Positions 9,191 to 19,500 of a DNA stretch of 43,856 bases are shown here, piece after piece. The position numbers and the translations under genes were made by a program. The DNA comes from Omnitrophica bacterium GWA2_41_15. GTDB lineage: Bacteria; Omnitrophota; Gorgyraeia; Gygaellales; Profunditerraquicolaceae. A model generated the notes under the pieces. The model searched no databases. It was not told the DNA's origin and was given only the letters and a program-made list of their open reading frames with translations. The DNA lies in NCBI GenBank assembly GCA_919902445.1, contig CAKKQZ010000011.1:12783-56638 (forward strand). The letters are read 5' to 3'. Within the stretch, counting starts at the first letter, position 1, and each line of letters begins with the position of its first letter.

Positions 9191-10984
9191 ATGGATAAAG
9201 CTTTAATCAGAAATTTTTGTATAATCGCCCACATAGACCACGGCAAGTCAACCCTCGCTGATAGAATACTGGAACTGACAGGGGCTGTTGATAAAAGGCA
9301 TAAGGGGGAACAACTGCTGGATGATATGGAATTGGAGAAAGAAAGAGGGATAACTATTAAGGCCTCGATGGCACGGCTTAACTATCGGGCAAAAAACGGC
9401 AAAGATTATATTTTAAATCTTATAGATACTCCCGGGCACGTTGATTTTACTTACGAGGTCTCAAAATCACTGGCTGCATGCGAAGGCGCTATATTGGTAG
9501 TGGATGCCGGACAGGGGATTGAAGCGCAAACAGTGGCTAATTATTATCTGGCGCGGGCAAGTAAGCTAAAGATAATACCGGTAATAAATAAAATTGACCT
9601 GGTGTCTATAGACCTGCCGCGTGTAAAAGGTGAGATTACTCTAGTGTTGGATTTTTTGGAAGAGGATATTTTGCTAACTTCTGCAAAAGAAGGAATAGGA
9701 ATACAGGACGTTCTCGAAAGGGTCATTGAGGTTGTGCCGGGGCCTGCGGGAGAAATAGCCCACCCTTTAAAAGCGCTTGTGTTCGATTGCCTGTATGACC
9801 CTTTTAAAGGAGTTGTGGTTTTTGTCAGGGTTATGGATGGTAAAATGGATATGAATACGCAGCTGAATATGATGCATTCCGGGAAAATCTATAAAATTGA
9901 AGAACTGGGGACCCTTGAGAATTTAAAATACACAAAAGTAAAAGAGCTAACCGTCGGAGAAGTTGGTTATCTTACGGCGAATATACGCGATGCAAGGGAA
10001 GTAGTTATCGGAGATACTATAGCTGACAATAAAAATCCCTGCAACTCTCCCTTGCCGGGGTACAGGATACCTAAGCCGCTAGTTTTCTGCGGCATATATC
10101 CTGTCAATCCCGCTGATTTTACGGAATTAAAAGATGCGATGGACAAGTTGAAGCTTTCTGATGCCTCTTTTGTTTTTGAGCCTGAAAATTCGCAGTCATT
10201 TGGTTTTGGTTTCCGCTGCGGATTTTTAGGGCTTTTGCATATGGAGATAGTGCAGGAGCGCCTTGAACGGGAATATAACTTAAATCTCATCCTGACTGTC
10301 CCTAACGTAGTTTATAAGGTTAAGACAAGGGATGGAAAAATCATTGATGTTGATACGCCTGCAAAGTTTAATGTTGCCGATATCCAGGAGTCGCTGGAGC
10401 CATATGTAACATTGCTGATGATTATACCGGTTGATACAATTGACCCGGTGTGCGAATTGGCAAAAGCAAGGAGAGGGGTTTTTTGTTCAAGCGATTATCT
10501 GGGTGAAGACAGGGTAAAGCTTATATTTGATATACCGCTTTCCGAAATCATAGTAGATTTTTATGACCGGATGAAATCGCTTACTAAGGGTTACGGTTCA
10601 CTCGATTACGAATTCAAAGATTATTTTCCTGCACAGCTGGTTAAAATGGATATATTGATAAACTCAAACTCTTGCGATGCTTTTTCTTCCCTTATGCATA
10701 AAGAGAAGGCCGTGCAAAAAGCGCATGCATTGGTAAATAAACTCAAGGAATTGATTCCCAGGCAGGTATTTGAGGTGGTTATACAGGCTGCCATTGGTAA
10801 CCAGATACTCGCCTCAAGCAAGGTGAGGGCTTTGGCAAAACACGTTACCAGCAAATGTTACGGTGGAGATATCACCCGGAAACGCAAGCTTTGGGAAAAA
10901 CAGAAGGAGGGCAAAAAACGCCTGAAACAATTCGGAAGGGTTGAGATTCCGCAGGAGGCCTTCTTGGAGGTCTTAAAAATATGA
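9191..10984 (+). CDS. lepA: Elongation factor 4 (LepA)
   Basis: IAHIDHGKSTLADR, GFRCGFLGLLH, KCYGGDITRKRKL. Confidence 0.98.
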   Translation: MDKALIRNFCIIAHIDHGKSTLADRILELTGAVDKRHKGEQLLDDMELEKERGITIKASMARLNYRAKNGKDYILNLIDTPGHVDFTYEVSKSLAACEGAILVVDAGQGIEAQTVANYYLARASKLKIIPVINKIDLVSIDLPRVKGEITLVLDFLEEDILLTSAKEGIGIQDVLERVIEVVPGPAGEIAHPLKALVFDCLYDPFKGVVVFVRVMDGKMDMNTQLNMMHSGKIYKIEELGTLENLKYTKVKELTVGEVGYLTANIRDAREVVIGDTIADNKNPCNSPLPGYRIPKPLVFCGIYPVNPADFTELKDAMDKLKLSDASFVFEPENSQSFGFGFRCGFLGLLHMEIVQERLEREYNLNLILTVPNVVYKVKTRDGKIIDVDTPAKFNVADIQESLEPYVTLLMIIPVDTIDPVCELAKARRGVFCSSDYLGEDRVKLIFDIPLSEIIVDFYDRMKSLTKGYGSLDYEFKDYFPAQLVKMDILINSNSCDAFSSLMHKEKAVQKAHALVNKLKELIPRQVFEVVIQAAIGNQILASSKVRALAKHVTSKCYGGDITRKRKLWEKQKEGKKRLKQFGRVEIPQEAFLEVLKI

Positions 10985-11553
10985 CAAAGAAAAAATCCGT
11001 ATTACGCGACTGGGCAGAATCGATTATAGTGGCGTTCTTGCTGGCAATGGTAATCCGTACCTTTGTTGTGCAGGCGTTTAAGATTCCAACCGGGTCTATG
11101 CGGCCTACGCTCTTAGAAGGAGATTTGATTCTGGTTAATAAGTTTATCTACGGCGCAAAAATTCCTTTTACTGACTTTAGGTTGCCGGCTGTTGCAGATC
11201 TTAAAAGGGGAGATGTTATTGTATTTATTTATCCTGAAGACCCGAAAAAGGATTTTATAAAAAGGCTTATCGGTTTACCAGGCGAAGTAGTTGAGCTTAA
11301 AAACGGGAGTATTTATATAAATGGCCAACCTTTATTAGATCCTTTGTTTAACCAAAGATATTATTATAATCGCGGAGATTTTGCCCTGGAGAATAGAAAG
11401 ACCGTGGTTTCTAAGGATGACTACTTTGTCCTGGGCGACAATTCTGCTTCATCCAAGGATAGCCGTTACTGGGGATTTGTCCCAAAAAATAATATTTTAG
11501 GAAAAGCCTTGGTAATTTACTGGCCGCCGCAGCGCATCAGGATAATTAAATAA
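10981..11553 (+). CDS. lepB: Signal peptidase I
   Basis: GSMRPTL, FIKRLIGLPG, GDN...S.DSRYWG. Confidence 0.96.
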   Translation: MTKKKSVLRDWAESIIVAFLLAMVIRTFVVQAFKIPTGSMRPTLLEGDLILVNKFIYGAKIPFTDFRLPAVADLKRGDVIVFIYPEDPKKDFIKRLIGLPGEVVELKNGSIYINGQPLLDPLFNQRYYYNRGDFALENRKTVVSKDDYFVLGDNSASSKDSRYWGFVPKNNILGKALVIYWPPQRIRIIK

Positions 11554-11606
11554 CTCTTTCATTTTAGGCATCGTAGGCCGGAAATGTTTTAGGAAGGAAG
11601 AGCAGC

Positions 11607-12194
11607 GTGAATTTTGCCAATAAAATTTCTACATTTAGAATTTTAAGCGTTCCTTTTTTTATAGCATGCCTAATCTATTATTCTCCCGAAAGGACTTATT
11701 TTAGATTTCTTGCTCTGTTTATATTTATTTTGGGTGTTATCTCTGATGCTGTTGACGGATATATAGCAAGGAAATCAAAACAGCAGTCAAAAGCCGGGCT
11801 TGTCTTAGACCCTTTAGGAGATAAGTTACTGCTTATGAGCGCTTACATTTTTCTTTCTCAGCTTTCGCAGTTCCCTTTGAAGTTTCCGCTTTGGGTTATT
11901 TTTATAATCATAAGCAGGGATGCGATTATTCTTATGGGTACGGTGGTGATTTACATGGTAAAGCAGAATATTGAGATTTATCCTACGCGCTGGGGGAAAG
12001 TTACAACTGCGTTGCAGATGCTTTCAGTGATACTGGTTCTTCTTCAATTCAAACTATCATTTATATCCTGGTGGCTGGCGGTTATATTTACGGTTATTTC
12101 AGGTATAGATTATATAAAGAGAGGATTTAAGACGCTTTATCCCGCCTTCGCAGAAGACCACCCCGCCGGCGAGAGTGGATGTCCGCCACAATAA
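11607..12194 (+). CDS. CDP-alcohol phosphatidyltransferase (PgsA-like); C-terminal tail is repeat-derived
   Basis: SDAVDGYIAR...G..LDPLGDK motif and several TM segments. Confidence 0.88.
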   Translation: MNFANKISTFRILSVPFFIACLIYYSPERTYFRFLALFIFILGVISDAVDGYIARKSKQQSKAGLVLDPLGDKLLLMSAYIFLSQLSQFPLKFPLWVIFIIISRDAIILMGTVVIYMVKQNIEIYPTRWGKVTTALQMLSVILVLLQFKLSFISWWLAVIFTVISGIDYIKRGFKTLYPAFAEDHPAGESGCPPQ

Positions 12195-12255
12195 GTGGCG
12201 GACCCGCCATGAATTATGGCGGGTACATAAAGGTACTACGGGCATGCCCGTGGGG
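12136..12255 (+). repeat. Family C composite palindromic repeat, copy 1
   Basis: Shares TTTATCCC-CCTTCGCA-AAGACCAC, ATGTCCGCCACAATA-GTGG-GGA-CCGCCATGAATTATGGC and GGGCA-GCCCGTGGGG blocks with 26525-26663. Confidence 0.85.
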
Positions 12256-12265
12256 AATGTTTTCC

Positions 12266-12898
12266 ATGCTCTGGCTATTTACCGGAATCATCATTAGTTA
12301 TATTATCGGTTCAATTCCTACCGGTTATATCTTCGGGTATTTGCTTAAAGGTATAGATATCCGTAAGTTTGGCTCGGGTAATGTGGGAGCGACTAATGCC
12401 TGGCGAGTGCTGGGAAAACCGGCAGGGATAACTGTTTTAATTTTAGATATTTTAAAAGGTTACATCCCGGTTGTATTCTTAGGAAGTTTTTTAGCTTCAA
12501 GAATTAATCTTGCCGATAAAACTATTCTGCCGGTTTTACTGGGCCTAAGTTGTATATCCGGACATAACTGGACCTTATTCTTAGGATTTAAAGGCGGTAA
12601 GGGTATTGCTACTACTCTTGGAGTTTTGTTTGCTTTGTCAATGCAGGTATCCGGCCTAAAGTTAATCCTTCTTTTGTTAATCTTAACCTGGGTTTTAGTA
12701 TTCATAATAGCCAGAATAATATCCATTGCTTCGGTTTTGACCAGTATTGCCTTGCCTGTATACTCTCTAATTTTCAGGCAGTCAAATGTAGTAATATTTT
12801 TAAGTATCCTGCTTTGTATGCTTAGCATTCTGCGCCACAAATCCAACCTTAAAAGAATCTTCGAAGGAAAAGAATCTCGCCTTAAGTTTAGAAAGTAG
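12266..12898 (+). CDS. plsY: Glycerol-3-phosphate acyltransferase PlsY
   Basis: SYIIGSIP, GSGNVGATN, GGKGIAT, RHKSN; start set at ATG 12266 behind GGGGA because the upstream in-frame codons lie in the repeat. Confidence 0.93.
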   Translation: MLWLFTGIIISYIIGSIPTGYIFGYLLKGIDIRKFGSGNVGATNAWRVLGKPAGITVLILDILKGYIPVVFLGSFLASRINLADKTILPVLLGLSCISGHNWTLFLGFKGGKGIATTLGVLFALSMQVSGLKLILLLLILTWVLVFIIARIISIASVLTSIALPVYSLIFRQSNVVIFLSILLCMLSILRHKSNLKRIFEGKESRLKFRK

Positions 12899-13026
12899 AT
12901 CCTTCGCTACAAGTCAAAAAAAGCTTTGTGTCGGGATCAATTCGGTTAAACAGGTTTATGTTAGCTATCGCTTCATAAGCCTGGGACTCATTTTAGAAAC
13001 CGCTTTCTTTTTAACGGGTTATACCA

Positions 13027-13056
13027 TTGAAAGAGGGCTATATCGGATGTTATACT
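13027..13056 (+). promoter_or_regulatory. Sigma70-like promoter
   Basis: TTGAAA-18 nt-TATACT with extended -10 TG. Confidence 0.55.
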
Positions 13057-13204
13057 TTACTCGAGAGATAAATTTTTTTACGCTATTTTTATTCGTATCG
13101 TCCCCACCAGCCACGAGAAGGTAGGGGGGATAGCCGGGTTGCCAAAGAAAAATAGGAGGAATCTTATTAGGGGCAACCCGGTACTTTCTTGAAAGAGGCA
13201 GAAA

Positions 13205-13534
13205 ATGAGAGATTTGTTGTATAAAAATCTAACCTCAAGCGACGGTAAAAAAAGGATACTCGCTAGCTCCGAGATAGTTGACAAGGAGGGGGTGCGTAGT
13301 ATCATAAGGCGCAAATTTGTCTGCATGGTAAAAGAGATAAAGGATAACAAGATGGGAGAAAAACCCCTGCCATACCTCTATGTCCTGAAAGAGCGTAATA
13401 CCTTTGAGCAAAAGGAAAGGTTCTACTGCAGACTAAAAGGGAGTGTATATGCTGTTTCAGGCAGAAGGCTCTTTCTTATCCTTTACACGCATTCCTTGAA
13501 GATCAGTCTCGCAACCCTTCAAAAGCAGCCTTAG
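13205..13534 (+). CDS. Hypothetical basic protein (109 aa)
   Basis: ATG start with upstream GAGG, own promoter, fills the intergenic space; no recognised motif. Confidence 0.7.
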   Translation: MRDLLYKNLTSSDGKKRILASSEIVDKEGVRSIIRRKFVCMVKEIKDNKMGEKPLPYLYVLKERNTFEQKERFYCRLKGSVYAVSGRRLFLILYTHSLKISLATLQKQP

Positions 13535-13584
13535 CGCATATAACGGCCAAGGCCTTTTAACTCAAAACTTCAAAAGATTTAACC

Positions 13585-13613
13585 TTGACAGCACTAAAAA
13601 AATAAGTTATATT
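13585..13613 (+). promoter_or_regulatory. Sigma70-like promoter
   Basis: TTGACA-17 nt-TATATT. Confidence 0.7.
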
Positions 13614-13618
13614 TAAAT

Positions 13619-13725
13619 TAAAGTTTTTTATAGCAGAAAATCCGCATATCCCAATCTCGGAGGTGATTGGGAGTTTTAGTCTATAGCTTAACCGGATTGA
13701 CATTGGGTCGGTCCGGTTCTTTTAT
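13619..13725 (+). ncRNA. Candidate small RNA or attenuated leader
   Basis: Bounded by a near-consensus promoter and an intrinsic terminator; internal hairpin TCCCAATC/GATTGGGA. Confidence 0.45.
13690..13725 (+). terminator. Intrinsic terminator
   Basis: AACCGGATTGAC/GTCGGTCCGGTT stem followed by CTTTTAT. Confidence 0.7.
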
Positions 13726-13784
13726 TTGTCAAGACATCATTAGTTTTACTTGACATTTGCAAGAAATCATATAAAAATACAAAT

Positions 13785-16574
13785 ATGCTAAAAAAGACTC
13801 TTTTCTTATCAACCTCTGTTTTTTTGTTATTTTCCCTTTTGGTCATTAATTCTTCTGTTTTTGCCGCTTCAGCTGCCTCTGAGTACCTCTGCGGCTTCGC
13901 TATGCAGTTTTACCGCATGGGAAGATATGAAGATGCCCTTTCAGAATTTAAAAAAGTACTACTTATCGACCCCGAAAATAAGACCGCTCAGGAATATATA
14001 AATAATATCTTTCAAAAGGAATCTACTTCCGCTGAAATAGCAGTTAGGCCCTTGAAGCAGCATCCCGCTGCTTTAAAGCAGCGGGATGAGGAAATATCTC
14101 CTCTGAAGAAACCAATTACAAGAGAAGAGGCGATAAATAAGGCCTTTAAAAGCCTCTCCAGAGAACAATTCAATAAGCAGATGGAAAATGGTTCTGAAAA
14201 AAACGGGCACAATATGGCAGGTATTAGGGTAGCCGGAAAGGCGCAGGTAAGTTTCGGAGTGACACCTGATGATGCAATTTGGAAGCGCGCAAACTTTGAT
14301 TTAAACGAAAAGGTAAAAAGCTGGCGCACGAGTTCAGATGCGGTTTTTAATAAAAGATTTAATACTTATGACCCTAGGGTTTACGATAGCTTAAGTGTGG
14401 ATTTGGACACTGAAAATAAAGATGGCTTAAATTTTCATTCCAACGTTACGGCTGATCCATGGAGCTTTGTTGGTAAGAGCAGTAAAACTACGGTTACTGG
14501 CTCAAATGGCGATACTGCAGAAATTGAACTTTTGTATTGGTCGAATACGGGTTATGTTGTTAACAGCACTGCTTATACTTTAAGGGGGGGTGAGACCTTC
14601 GGGATCCCCGAAATAAAAGTAAAGAATAGCAAGACAAGCCCTGCTACTATAACAGGGTTTAGAAATTCAGGTACTACTTTTAGTATTCCTGAGTTGAAGA
14701 TATACCGCGAGTTTCAACCTATCCGCGAGCTATGGCTGGATTATACCAATGATCAGATTAAATTGCGGGCTTTTCCTATGGCTTATCAGGACCAGGCTTA
14801 TTCCTCTGATGATCCGCTGGGTATAACTAACCACCATATTTGGTGGCAGGATAGCACTTGGCTGCGCAAGTATGTACCTGGAAATTACAATTCTACTGAT
14901 ACTCCCAACCCGAGTTTTACCAAAGGGTACTGGGATGATTCGCTTTCATTCCTGGCTAAAGATTCAACCGGAGCATATCTTACTGCCTTGCGCGGGTTTT
15001 CTTTTACTTTCCAGCCAAGAGACAAAACCTTGTTTGATACTACCATTGCTACTCCTAAACACCTCTGGCAGGATTACGCACAGGTCGATAACCTAATTAC
15101 CGCTAGCCGGGTTAAGCATTATTTGGATGAGAATTTCATGATTGGAGGAACTTTTACCAGCCGTTTAGGATTTAAGGTTGATGACAAAAGAAAACTGGAT
15201 AGCCAAAATTACGTGGGGGGCTTGGATTTAGGTTACGAGATAGCTGATGGATTAAAAGCTCAGGCAGAGGTAGTAACTTCGAAATCATTTTATGATCAGG
15301 TAAACCCTAATTATGAAACTGAATCCCGCGGCAACACTTATTATTTTTCTTTTGTTACACGTTATCCGCGGCAGAGCATCATGGATTTAAAATACGTTTA
15401 TGATGAGATATCTTTGGATAAAACCGAATCATTCTTGGTTAAAAGCAAATTCTACGCTGCGCGCATGGATAAAGGCTTTGATTCCTCGTTATCAAATTTC
15501 CATAACACCCGTCAAGATACATTTTGGTCCAGGCATATTAATTTCCGCAGGCCGTTTGATTATTATTACGCCGGGCTGACTAAGCCGACTAGTAAATGGG
15601 ATGAGCTTAATCCTATCAGAATCGGAGACGGTATTGACAACGGTAGGAATGTTTTGGGATTTAGGATCGAGTTTATAGCAGAAGATAAATTCTCCAATCT
15701 TTTTGATGTGCGCAACGTGCACAATGTCAACGGTAAATTTATCGAAAATGTGGTGCGTGATGAGGCTACGTCTAAAGTAACCGATAAGCTGACTGCTAAA
15801 GTTTTAGGTATTTATCAGAAACTCCCTCGTACTCTTGGCGGCTCCGGAGGCATCGATCCTTTTATTTATGATGGAAACACAGGAGAATTCTTTAATAATT
15901 CATCGGTTATAGACGGAAATGACCCTACGCTTAAAACCGGGTCTCTCGGCCTTAATTATGATTTTTTAAATTGGCTGAGCTTAAACGGCATATATGAACG
16001 CACCAATGATTATTTTCTGGCTTACGACGGTTTTCCGGCTAACACACTGAGAAACGATACGACCCTTGGCGGAACTTATTATCAGAATGATAAGCTTTAT
16101 CGTTTTCGCGACCCTTTTCTTTACAGCCAAGGTGGTTTTCCGCAAGCGCCTTATGAGTTTTATAATGTTTTTAAAGCTGGCTTAAGGATGCAGCCAGTGA
16201 ACAATATGGACATTTATTTAGATTACACGCGTAATATATTTGAGAGCGCTGGGCAAAACTCAGACGGCATGAATCATGTCGGCTTAGAGATGACCTACAT
16301 GCCAGCTAAAAAATTCGGCATGACGCTTAAATATACCTATTCCCGGTGGCAGGATACTGACCGCCTAGTCGCAGGCAGTACCAATCCTCTTGGCCATCAC
16401 AATTTTTTTGGAGAATTCAGATACCTGCCCTCAACAGACGATGAATTAATCCTGCAGTACGGGGAAGGTAATTCTAGTCCCATCGGTAATATGACCTTTG
16501 ACCCTTATGGTGGCGGGCTATTAACAATAGATACCCAGCACATCTTCCGCGCTTATTACCGCCGTAAGTTTTAA
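13785..16574 (+). CDS. Secreted TPR-containing protein, probable outer-membrane beta-barrel
   Basis: Signal peptide, one TPR (YEDALSEFKKVLLIDPEN), aromatic-rich alternating beta strands, C-terminal Phe (RAYYRRKF). Confidence 0.75.
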   Translation: MLKKTLFLSTSVFLLFSLLVINSSVFAASAASEYLCGFAMQFYRMGRYEDALSEFKKVLLIDPENKTAQEYINNIFQKESTSAEIAVRPLKQHPAALKQRDEEISPLKKPITREEAINKAFKSLSREQFNKQMENGSEKNGHNMAGIRVAGKAQVSFGVTPDDAIWKRANFDLNEKVKSWRTSSDAVFNKRFNTYDPRVYDSLSVDLDTENKDGLNFHSNVTADPWSFVGKSSKTTVTGSNGDTAEIELLYWSNTGYVVNSTAYTLRGGETFGIPEIKVKNSKTSPATITGFRNSGTTFSIPELKIYREFQPIRELWLDYTNDQIKLRAFPMAYQDQAYSSDDPLGITNHHIWWQDSTWLRKYVPGNYNSTDTPNPSFTKGYWDDSLSFLAKDSTGAYLTALRGFSFTFQPRDKTLFDTTIATPKHLWQDYAQVDNLITASRVKHYLDENFMIGGTFTSRLGFKVDDKRKLDSQNYVGGLDLGYEIADGLKAQAEVVTSKSFYDQVNPNYETESRGNTYYFSFVTRYPRQSIMDLKYVYDEISLDKTESFLVKSKFYAARMDKGFDSSLSNFHNTRQDTFWSRHINFRRPFDYYYAGLTKPTSKWDELNPIRIGDGIDNGRNVLGFRIEFIAEDKFSNLFDVRNVHNVNGKFIENVVRDEATSKVTDKLTAKVLGIYQKLPRTLGGSGGIDPFIYDGNTGEFFNNSSVIDGNDPTLKTGSLGLNYDFLNWLSLNGIYERTNDYFLAYDGFPANTLRNDTTLGGTYYQNDKLYRFRDPFLYSQGGFPQAPYEFYNVFKAGLRMQPVNNMDIYLDYTRNIFESAGQNSDGMNHVGLEMTYMPAKKFGMTLKYTYSRWQDTDRLVAGSTNPLGHHNFFGEFRYLPSTDDELILQYGEGNSSPIGNMTFDPYGGGLLTIDTQHIFRAYYRRKF

Positions 16575-16580
16575 TCTTTT

Positions 16581-19500
16581 TTATTCCAGATAAATATCGA
16601 TATTCTTGATTTGACGTGACCTTACCTGTTCAGCGTAAGGCGATGGGATAGTGTTTTGCGGTATTTCTACGGGTTTGCCTTCTTTATCCTTCATGATAAT
16701 CTTGGATATTTTAGCCGCATTACTGCCAAAGGTGTTTTTTCTTTTAAGGTTATGATATGCGACAAAAATTTTACTAAGAAAATTAAAGCTGTAAATGCCT
16801 TTGCGGTTAAATAACCAGCCGGGTAGGGCAGGCCTGAAGGCCAGGTTTAATTCACTCTGGTCATTAAGGAAGAAAGGGCTCTTGCCTACGTTCATGGTCA
16901 ACCAGATTTCCAGGAATTCTGCAGTTGAGCCTGAGAGACGGGCCACATAGCCGTTTCCGTGCAGGGCTTTATTGTGAAAAGCGCTGCTTACCAGAAAGGA
17001 CGAGTTCTCTAAAATACTGCGCCCATATTTTTTAGGGTCAAGAAAGGGGATAAGGATATTCTTAAATTCCGCATAAAAATCTTCATAAAGCCCCTGTTTT
17101 AAAATCTCCAGCAGGTATTTATATTCCATATGTAGCCAGATAGACTCATTTTCAAGCCAGCCAGGAGTAAATACGCGGCACCTTCCGATTTCCTCGGGCA
17201 TATCATAAAGAGGGGCGGTAACCTTGTACATCTTTAATTTTTTGTCATACAGCCGGCTTGTTTTAGTGGCTTTGTGCAACCTGGAAGCAGTATCTTTATT
17301 TTCCGCAAGGCGCAAGGCGTGCATCTGGCCTTCCAGGAATATAGGGACTTTTTTCTGGATAAATTTAAGGGGTTTTACAAAATGCTCTTTGATAATTTCG
17401 TATTCGGAGACTTCATTTATAAAGTATGAATAATAAACATTTTTTTCCTTATCAAGCGCCTTATCAATCCCTAAGGTTATCTTATCCAGGGCGTTACCGA
17501 CCATACCCTGCAGTAGGCCTGTATCAATTTCAGTTTCACTGCCGCTAAAACCCAGCCTTGTTTTATTCCTGTATTTTTCTTTCAGGGTATGAGATTCATC
17601 CCAGAAGGCGTAATCCTTATCCGCCGCGCCGCTGTTAAAATATGCGCTTATTAAGCCATCCAGCCCCGTTAGGAAATCCAGGATTTCTTCGCTGATATGT
17701 ATTTTTTCACTCCCTGACTTATCTAGGGCGCCTTTTATAATCAAGCACAGTCTTTTTAATTCAAACGTCTCGCATGCGGAAGAGCCGAATAAGGCCGGTA
17801 AGCCGTTGAGCGCGTCAAACCAGTTAGGCTTATCCGCTTCCATCTCAACGCCTGTGCCAAAGGGGTCAAGCGAGGCAAGCTTATTAACCAGGAGGCAGAA
17901 TAATTTGTTTATCAGGGTAGTCCGGTATACCTCGCCTTTGCCGTAATCAACCCTTACCAAATGCGCGTCCTTATGCCTTTTTCGGATAAGCTCTTTTTTT
18001 ACGGGGTCAGCATAGACCGAATGCAGCTGTTTTACGCAGCCGCCTAAAATTAGGAATTTGTCCTCCCTTGGCTTAACAATTTCAGTATTATCGAAGAAAG
18101 TAAATACCCTCTTTAAAAAAAATAACTCCTTTAATTTCTCGGGATAAAGCCCCAAATAGCTCTCCAGTAAATCAAGGTTATAAGTCCAGTGGTCTGTCCA
18201 GAAGCCCTCGGCGTGTTCCGCGCCCTGTATCTTTGTGGAATGGGATATGATAATATTAAGGAATTCGTCGCAGGGGCAGCCCAGCTTTATTTTCTTATCC
18301 TGCAGGAATAATATTAACTCTCCGGGGGTGTATGGCTTGCTTAAGAATGCGGCGATCTCGGGTATCGAATTTTCTTCCACTGTATTTTTCAGGATTTTTT
18401 CGAAGTCGGTTCCTTCATTGACGGCAAAAGTTATTCCCTTAACAACCAGAGGATTGAACCCATCTGCCTGGAGAAGGCTGAAGAAGGTAATTAAATTGTC
18501 ATCATCTATATCCGGATTAAACCAGATATCGCTCCTGCGGTTTTGGTTCGTATCCCTGTAATTGCCGTTGCCTTGAGAGAAGTATGTGGGCTGGATCTGG
18601 AATTTATTGTAATCTCGTTCTAGGTCCCCATGCTTACGGGAATAAAGGTAAAATACTGATTTTTTCTCTGCGGAATTAAAAATTACCGGGTATCCGCCGC
18701 GAATGACATTATCCAGGTATGTCTGCTTAGAGTAGAGGTTAAACTCCCGGGAGCTTGAATCGGTGTTTATATCCTGCGTGAGCCCGTCAATGAGGGTTAT
18801 GTTTTCTCTCTGTTTTTGCCTGAGGTATCCCGGTTTTGTGATTTTTCCTACAGATGCGTTTAGGGTTTCAATGCTGCGCATATAACCGATAACGGAATAG
18901 AGCGCATTTTCCTGTTTTGGAAATAATTCCAGGCTTAAAAAGGAAAATCCCGAAGGGGTCTTGCCCCCGGCCACATTATTGATATTGGTGAAATTATCAT
19001 TAGCCAGGAACTGGCGCGGGTAAGAAAAATCCGTAATCGGGCCGAATACGGCTTCGGCATCTACTATAGGTTTTATAATTTTAGGCCTATTTTTTTCATA
19101 GTGGAACCCCAGGTAAAAATTACCCTCTTTTATATGGACTACTTCAGGCCGGTCTGTGGGGTCTACGGCGAGCTTATAAAAAGGCACCCCTTCTTTAAGG
19201 TTTTCAACCTTCATCCAGGCTTCTATAGTGCGGCCTAATTTTTTTAAGAATAAGTTACTCGTGCCAAAGGGGACTATCTGCGGCAGGCCGTCGAGCAACT
19301 GGATTTTTTTAGGGAGATTCCCGAGATTTTGAATAGTTAATATCCTTGCAAGGCCGGCAAAGGTATCATTCGGAATGTTGAAATATTCGACTTTTATTTT
19401 GAGGCCTAAAGTTAAATTTTCTTCTTCTAAGATAAGTCCGTATGAGGTTATTCGCATACGGTTTTCAAGGTCAAACTCAAGGTTCACGCAACCATCAGAA

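Noticed and set aside
12179-12265. N-terminal extension of PlsY
   Set aside because: It is encoded by the family C repeat; PlsY homology starts near ATG 12266
13128-13143. GGATAGCCGGGTTGCC resembling the 3' end of a c-di-GMP-I riboswitch
   Set aside because: The upstream GGCAAA...GAAA...CGCAAAG elements are missing, and the segment pairs with a downstream inverted copy instead
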